64,000 bases of DNA from Motiliproteus sp. (lineage in GTDB: Bacteria > Pseudomonadota > Gammaproteobacteria > Pseudomonadales > Balneatricaceae). The position numbers and the translations under genes were made by a program. Shown here in pieces: positions 58,883 to 64,000 of this stretch (positions are counted from its first letter, which is position 1; the number at the start of each line of letters is the position of its first letter). The notes below the pieces were generated by a model. It made no database searches and was not told the DNA's origin. It worked only from the letters and a program-made list of their open reading frames with translations. The DNA lies in the NCBI GenBank assembly GCA_048265065.1, contig JBLXCH010000004.1, positions 12,886-76,885 on the forward strand, written 5' to 3'.

Positions 58883-60601
58883 TTAGCGACGGATATGGTT
58901 TTTTAGAAACTCAGAAATTCCATCTGCTGGAATGTCCTGACGGTCTTCATCGCGGCGCCCTTTATACTCTAAGGTGCCGTTCTTTAATCCGCGGTCACTG
59001 ATGACCACACGATGAGGAATGCCCATTAACTCCATATCTGCGAACTTCACCCCAGGGCGCTCTTTGCGATCATCAACAAGTACGTCGTAGCCAGCTTCAG
59101 TTAACTGGGCATACAGCGCTTCTGTGGTTTTATGTACATCGTCAAATTTTTCTGGGTTCAATGGAATCAGCGCAATATGGAAAGGGGCAATGGTATCAGG
59201 CCAGATTATCCCGTTCTCATCATGGTTTTGCTCGATTGCTGCGGCTACGACTCGGGTCACACCAATGCCGTAACAACCCATTTCCATGACGACTGCTTTG
59301 CCATTTTCATCAAGTACTTTTGCGTTTAGGGCTGCACTGTATTTATTGCCAAGCTGGAAAATATGGCCGACCTCTATACCGCGCTTAATAACAATGTGGC
59401 CGGTGCCGTCAGGGCTTGGATCACCTTCTACAACGTTACGAAGATCAGCAATGGCAGGTACAGCGAGATCGCGTTCCCAGTTAATACCGAAGTAATGCTT
59501 CCCATCGATATTTGCGCCCGCACTGAAGTCACTAGAGTGAGCTACGGTGCGATCAATAATACAAGGGATAGGCAAGTTGATTGGGCCAAGAGAACCTGGG
59601 CCTGCATTCAGTAGTTGGCGAATTTCTTCTTCAGTAGCCATGCGAAGAGGCTCAGCGACTTCTGCTAATTTTTCGGCTTTGATCTCGTTTAGCTCGTGGT
59701 CACCGCGGACAAGCAGGGCAACGAAATCAGCTTCGCTTTCTTCGGATGCAGCAACGATGAGGGTTTTCACTGTTTTTTCGATAGCTATATCAAACTGCTC
59801 AACCAGCTCTGCTATCGTTTTGGCGTTAGGGGTGTCTACGAGCGTCAATTCTTGGGTCGCAGCCGGTCTTGCGCCTATTGGCATCAATGCTTCTGCTGTT
59901 TCGATGTTAGCGGCGTAATCGCTGCTGTCGCTGAAGGCAATGTCGTCTTCGCCAGATTCTGCCAATACATGGAACTCGTGAGATGAGTTACCACCAATGC
60001 TGCCTGAGTCTGCCTGCACAGGTCTAAAGTCCAACCCTAAGCGGTCAAAAATACGAGTGTATGTGGCGTGCATTATTTCATAAGTCTGCTGCAGCGACTC
60101 TTCATTAATGTGGAAAGAGTAAGCATCCTTCATGATGAATTCACGGGAGCGCATGACACCAAAACGGGGACGAATTTCATCACGGAACTTAGTTTGTACC
60201 TGATAAAAATTAGCAGGGAGTTGGCGATAGCTGCTGAGCTCACGGCGAATTAGATCAGTGATGACTTCTTCATGGGTAGGGCCGATACAAAACGAACGGT
60301 TATGGCGGTCATTGACACGAAGTAGTTCTGGCCCATATTGTTCCCAACGTCCCGACTCTTCCCATAGTTCTGCGGGTTGGATGGCTGGCATCAGCACTTC
60401 TTGGCCACCGGCACGATCCATTTCTTCACGGATAATAGATTCGACTTTACGTAGTGTACGGAGACCCATCGGGAGCCATGTGTATAGTCCTGAAGCAAGT
60501 TTACGAATCATACCTGCACGAAGCATGAGCTGATGGCTGATGACCTCAGCATCGGCAGGTGTTTCTTTTAACGTTGCGATCAAGTACTGGCTGGCGCGCA
60601 T
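58883..60601 (-). CDS. proS: Prolyl-tRNA synthetase with editing insertion domain
   Basis: [48 protein letters not shown]. Confidence 0.99.
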   Translation of the reverse strand: MRASQYLIATLKETPADAEVISHQLMLRAGMIRKLASGLYTWLPMGLRTLRKVESIIREEMDRAGGQEVLMPAIQPAELWEESGRWEQYGPELLRVNDRHNRSFCIGPTHEEVITDLIRRELSSYRQLPANFYQVQTKFRDEIRPRFGVMRSREFIMKDAYSFHINEESLQQTYEIMHATYTRIFDRLGLDFRPVQADSGSIGGNSSHEFHVLAESGEDDIAFSDSSDYAANIETAEALMPIGARPAATQELTLVDTPNAKTIAELVEQFDIAIEKTVKTLIVAASEESEADFVALLVRGDHELNEIKAEKLAEVAEPLRMATEEEIRQLLNAGPGSLGPINLPIPCIIDRTVAHSSDFSAGANIDGKHYFGINWERDLAVPAIADLRNVVEGDPSPDGTGHIVIKRGIEVGHIFQLGNKYSAALNAKVLDENGKAVVMEMGCYGIGVTRVVAAAIEQNHDENGIIWPDTIAPFHIALIPLNPEKFDDVHKTTEALYAQLTEAGYDVLVDDRKERPGVKFADMELMGIPHRVVISDRGLKNGTLEYKGRRDEDRQDIPADGISEFLKNHIRR

Positions 60602-60702
60602 GGGCTATAGACTCTTTATTATTTGTACACAGACAAATTATTTAAACGGTAAAAATGAATAAGGCGAACATTGTACGAAGGGTTAGTGGATGCAACAAGC
60701 CT

Positions 60703-61215
60703 TCACTGCGAGTTATGTCTATATTGTGCTTCAAGTTCTTGGAGTCGTTGTGCTAGCGCTTCTAATTGATGTTCATTAAATACGTCAATATGGTGTTGCT
60801 TTAAATGGGCGGAGGTGACTCCTTGACCTTCTACTAAGGTGTTAGAAAAGGTGCCGTCATAGGTTGCTTCATTACCGCATGAAGGGCTTTTCGATTTAAG
60901 TAAGGCAAGGCGAATTTTGTGCTTTTTGCAAAGTGCTACAGCGGCTTCGGCGCCAGCAATAAAAAAGTTGCTGACATCGTGGTTAGCGTTATTCAGCACC
61001 GGCACGCTTTGCTGCAATACCGCTAGGCCATCAGCGCCTTGTATTTCTGCAGGCGGGCGCGGGACCGGCAAGCCGCCAGCGACTTCTGGGCATAATGACA
61101 CAATGCGGTTTTGCGCTTTCCAACGTTGGAATAAGGGGTGTGTAAGTAGTGAGTGTTGTCCATCATAACGAACCTTTTCACCGAGCAAACACTGGCTTAC
61201 TAATATTTTTTCCAA
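60703..61215 (-). CDS. DUF523 / 2-thiouracil desulfurase-like Fe-S protein
   Basis: ILVSQCLLGE.VRYDG, CPEVAGGL.VPR, LKSKSPSCG, G.GVT. Confidence 0.9.
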   Translation of the reverse strand: MEKILVSQCLLGEKVRYDGQHSLLTHPLFQRWKAQNRIVSLCPEVAGGLPVPRPPAEIQGADGLAVLQQSVPVLNNANHDVSNFFIAGAEAAVALCKKHKIRLALLKSKSPSCGNEATYDGTFSNTLVEGQGVTSAHLKQHHIDVFNEHQLEALAQRLQELEAQYRHNSQ

Positions 61216-61259
61216 TTGGCCTCCTGGTGTTAAGACGCCCTCTACATAGCATGTTTAGG

Positions 61260-62273
61260 CTAAGGTGTTAACTCGCCCGCCAACGAGGTAGCCATTGCCA
61301 GCGTTATTGCATCGTTTTCTAGACCTAAACTAAAGAGGTGATGTAATTTGCAAAAGCAGCTCTCGAAAGTCATGTCTCTGCCGTTGATTACCCCTGTTTT
61401 TGCAAGTGCTGAACCTGTGGCATAACTACCTGGAGCTACGCCACCATAAGGGCATTGAGATAAGTTGACGATGACACATCCTTGTTGGATTTTTGCTTGA
61501 ATGAGGCGGAGAAACTCAGGATCTTGATCCGGTGCATTACCAACGCCGTAGGAGATTAATATAAAAGCATCCGCTGGATAGTCTAATTGATGCTTTAAAT
61601 ATTCAGCATCAATACCGGGGAATATCCTGATAGGCGCAACGCTATGCTTACCGTATTCCGGTAATTCGAATTTAGGTTCAGCACTAGGTTCGAAGGTGCC
61701 AAACTGACTCACTTCAACATTAATGCCGACTTTTCCAATCCATGGGTAATTAGGACTGTCAAAGGCGTCAAACCCTGTGGATTTTACTTTCATTGCTCTG
61801 TTACCACGCAATAGCAACCCGTTGAAATAAACACAAACTTCAGTGACTTGTAGTGAGCCAGCTAGATGAATCGCTGTCACTAAGTTGTCTTGCGCATCGT
61901 TGCGTAATTCGCTAAGAGGAATTTGTGAGCCGGTGACAATAATGGGCTTATTAAGGCCTTGCAGCATAAATGACAAGGCTGAAGCGGTATAGCCCAGCGT
62001 ATCGGTGCCGTGTAAAACGATAAAGCCATCATAATTATCGTAATTATGGGCAATTTTTTTAGCCACTACGGCCCAGTCTTTAGGTGTCGCGTTCGTGCTA
62101 TCGATCAGGTTATCAAGCTCTTCTAAATCATATTCCGGTAACGCAGAAGAAAGGTGCAAAGGAATTTTTTCGGCAATCAGCGACTGGAAGCCCCCCGATG
62201 GCACATAACCATCGTCGGATGCTTGCATGCCAATGGTGCCGCCTGTGTACAAAATATAAATGCGCTTTGTCAT
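61260..62273 (-). CDS. ansA: L-asparaginase type I
   Basis: YTGGTIGM, HGTDTLGYTAS, TGSQIP, FDAFDSPN, SQCPYG. Confidence 0.96.
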   Translation of the reverse strand: MTKRIYILYTGGTIGMQASDDGYVPSGGFQSLIAEKIPLHLSSALPEYDLEELDNLIDSTNATPKDWAVVAKKIAHNYDNYDGFIVLHGTDTLGYTASALSFMLQGLNKPIIVTGSQIPLSELRNDAQDNLVTAIHLAGSLQVTEVCVYFNGLLLRGNRAMKVKSTGFDAFDSPNYPWIGKVGINVEVSQFGTFEPSAEPKFELPEYGKHSVAPIRIFPGIDAEYLKHQLDYPADAFILISYGVGNAPDQDPEFLRLIQAKIQQGCVIVNLSQCPYGGVAPGSYATGSALAKTGVINGRDMTFESCFCKLHHLFSLGLENDAITLAMATSLAGELTP

Positions 62274-62441
62274 TGCTGAATACCTGATTTTTGCTTGTTA
62301 CTGATGATGGAAGCAATTCTTTGAGTAGGCAACAGTTATGGAAAAAGAAGTTAGTAAAAATGAAATTGATGATGAATATTTGGAACATTATAGGGGGTAG
62401 GGGATCTTAGGCAAGCAGCAATATAGCTTGCTTTAGAGCGA

Positions 62442-62461
62442 CAGGCGAAAAGATTCGCCTG
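62442..62461. terminator. Hairpin downstream of the 67-aa ORF
   Basis: CAGGCGAA-AAGA-TTCGCCTG; weak U-tract. Confidence 0.5.
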
Positions 62462-62498
62462 CCGGAAAAATCTGTGTGTTAAGTGAGAGGTCTGGAGC

Positions 62499-62702
62499 TT
62501 ATGTTAGCTCGACAGATTTCTCCATCACTTTGACATATTCTTCAGCGTCTTGTTGACTGCGTGCGAAATAAACAACGCGACTGAAGCGGCTGCTGATGGC
62601 CTGGTTGCTGTTCTTGAAACGATGTACCCAGTAACTATTTGGTCCTTTGTTCTCAATGGCATGACGGTGTTTTTGTACGGGTTCGGGTTCAATTGTGATC
62701 AT
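62499..62702 (-). CDS. Hypothetical small protein, 67 aa
   Basis: RBS GAGG before ATG 62702 (MITIEPEPVQ...); family not recognised. Confidence 0.6.
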   Translation of the reverse strand: MITIEPEPVQKHRHAIENKGPNSYWVHRFKNSNQAISSRFSRVVYFARSQQDAEEYVKVMEKSVELT

Positions 62703-63038
62703 TATAGCCTCGCTTTTAGATCGGTTTTTTAAGTTAACAAAATCTATTGTACAGATTGACAAAAGTATTTCTTTGATGCAGGTCACCTTGAAAAGACCCT
62801 GCATTCCTTAATGTTATCGTTACTAAGTTAGAAGAACTTAAGGGATAAAGTTCAAATAATTATAGTGATTAGGCAATTAGTGTTTTGAAAACAAGGAAGT
62901 TTGGTGTATTGAGCGATTTAAGCATCCGTAATTTGAGGGTTCGAAGGTTTGGGTATCAAGGTCAGGATCGGGATAGTTGTGTAGGGGGCGACTGAAGGTG
63001 ATGCGGTGATTCAGCGGTAGATATTTAATGACTAGGTA

Positions 63039-63998
63039 TTAACCGATATAAACCTTAGATGGGCGGTTAGTCATACGAGTTACCAGCTCATAGGGTATTG
63101 TGCCGCAAGCGTTAGCCACTTCCTTTAGCAAAATGTTTTTGCCCCAACACTCTACGGTGTCGCCAATTGAACAGTTTGGAAGCATGGTGACATCAACAGT
63201 GATCATATCCATCGATACTCGGCCCGCCAATGCACAGCGTTGCCCGTTAACCAAGATAGGCGTGCCGCTCGGCGCTTGTCTAGGATAACCGTCGCCATAG
63301 CCAACAGGGATTGTGGCAATACGTGTTGGCTTGTCGCAAGAAAAACTAGCGCCGTAGCCGACGGAATCACCGACTGCTACATCTCGAATAGCGATGACTT
63401 CAGACTGTAGAGTCATTGAAGGAACTAACTGGCGACTGTACTCATTTTCTTCTGCAAGTGGTGATGCGCCATAAAGCATCATGCCAGGACGAGTCCAGTC
63501 GTATTGTGCTTCGGGCCATGCGAGTAAACCTGGGGAGTTACACAGGCTTTTAGGGTATGGGTGGGCTAAAAGTTGATTGAAACAGTGGATTTGTTGCTTA
63601 GTGTGGTCTGACTCAGTCTCGTCTGCACAAGCAAAATGGCTCATGATGACTATTGCATGGTTTGGCTTGTGCAACGTGAGTGTATTTAACAGCGAGGGCA
63701 ATTGATTAGGCTGGAAGCCTAAGCGATGCATGCCTGTGTCGACTTTTATCCAAAAAGTAATCGGTGACTTAAAGGAATGAGCAAGCAACTGGTTGAATTG
63801 TTGGTCACTATGCAGGCAAACATCCAATTGAAGCGTGTCTATGCAGTCAAGTTCGCTAGGGTGAAAAAAACCTTCTAATAGGAGTATTTTGCTGTCGATT
63901 CCCGAATCTCGTAGAGCGACGGCTTCTTCAATACTAGCAACGGCATAACCGTCAGCAATGTTACTTAGTTTTTCAGCAACTTGCCGTGCACCATGGCC
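63039..63998 (-). CDS. alr: Alanine racemase (5' end outside window)
   Basis: Frame open to the window edge: GHGA..VA, WIKVDTGMHRLG, MSHFACAD, RPGMMLYG, GYGDGYPR, GRVSMD, TIPYEL. Confidence 0.97.
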   Translation of the reverse strand, partial: GHGARQVAEKLSNIADGYAVASIEEAVALRDSGIDSKILLLEGFFHPSELDCIDTLQLDVCLHSDQQFNQLLAHSFKSPITFWIKVDTGMHRLGFQPNQLPSLLNTLTLHKPNHAIVIMSHFACADETESDHTKQQIHCFNQLLAHPYPKSLCNSPGLLAWPEAQYDWTRPGMMLYGASPLAEENEYSRQLVPSMTLQSEVIAIRDVAVGDSVGYGASFSCDKPTRIATIPVGYGDGYPRQAPSGTPILVNGQRCALAGRVSMDMITVDVTMLPNCSIGDTVECWGKNILLKEVANACGTIPYELVTRMTNRPSKVYIG

Positions 63999-64000
63999 AT

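Overview
64 kb of chromosome from a gammaproteobacterium; an Oceanospirillales-like marine organism is my inference from gene content and order. About 67 CDS are supported. I found no rRNA, tRNA, CRISPR array, IS element, integrase or prophage gene. Housekeeping blocks: pntAB, a partial cobalamin cluster (cobO-cobD-cbiB / cobQ), fabV, csp, CIO-type cydAB with a GbsR-type regulator, LysR-glcB, mdlAB, slyD, purMN, hda, wrbA-arsC, proS, ansA, alr. Most notable: (1) a complete bufferin-type RiPP cluster (DUF2282 precursor, DUF692 MNIO, DUF2063, DoxX) next to a SigK/RskA-like ECF pair that keeps the two redox cysteines, rather than the SigF/NrsF pair known for bufferins, with a His-rich membrane microprotein just upstream; (2) a guanidine carboxylase operon (ABC importer, CgdAB, Uca, no local allophanate hydrolase) behind a sigma54 promoter, an IHF site and a guanidine-I riboswitch whose expression platform looks translational; (3) hipB-hipA tightly coupled to an M48/YgjP gene and thpR; (4) several readable operators (CydE palindrome, MerR 19-bp-spacer promoter, Fur-like and LexA-like boxes); (5) recurrent degenerate 7-16 bp tandem arrays in intergenic DNA. 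Family names come from motif recognition only; no database search was run.
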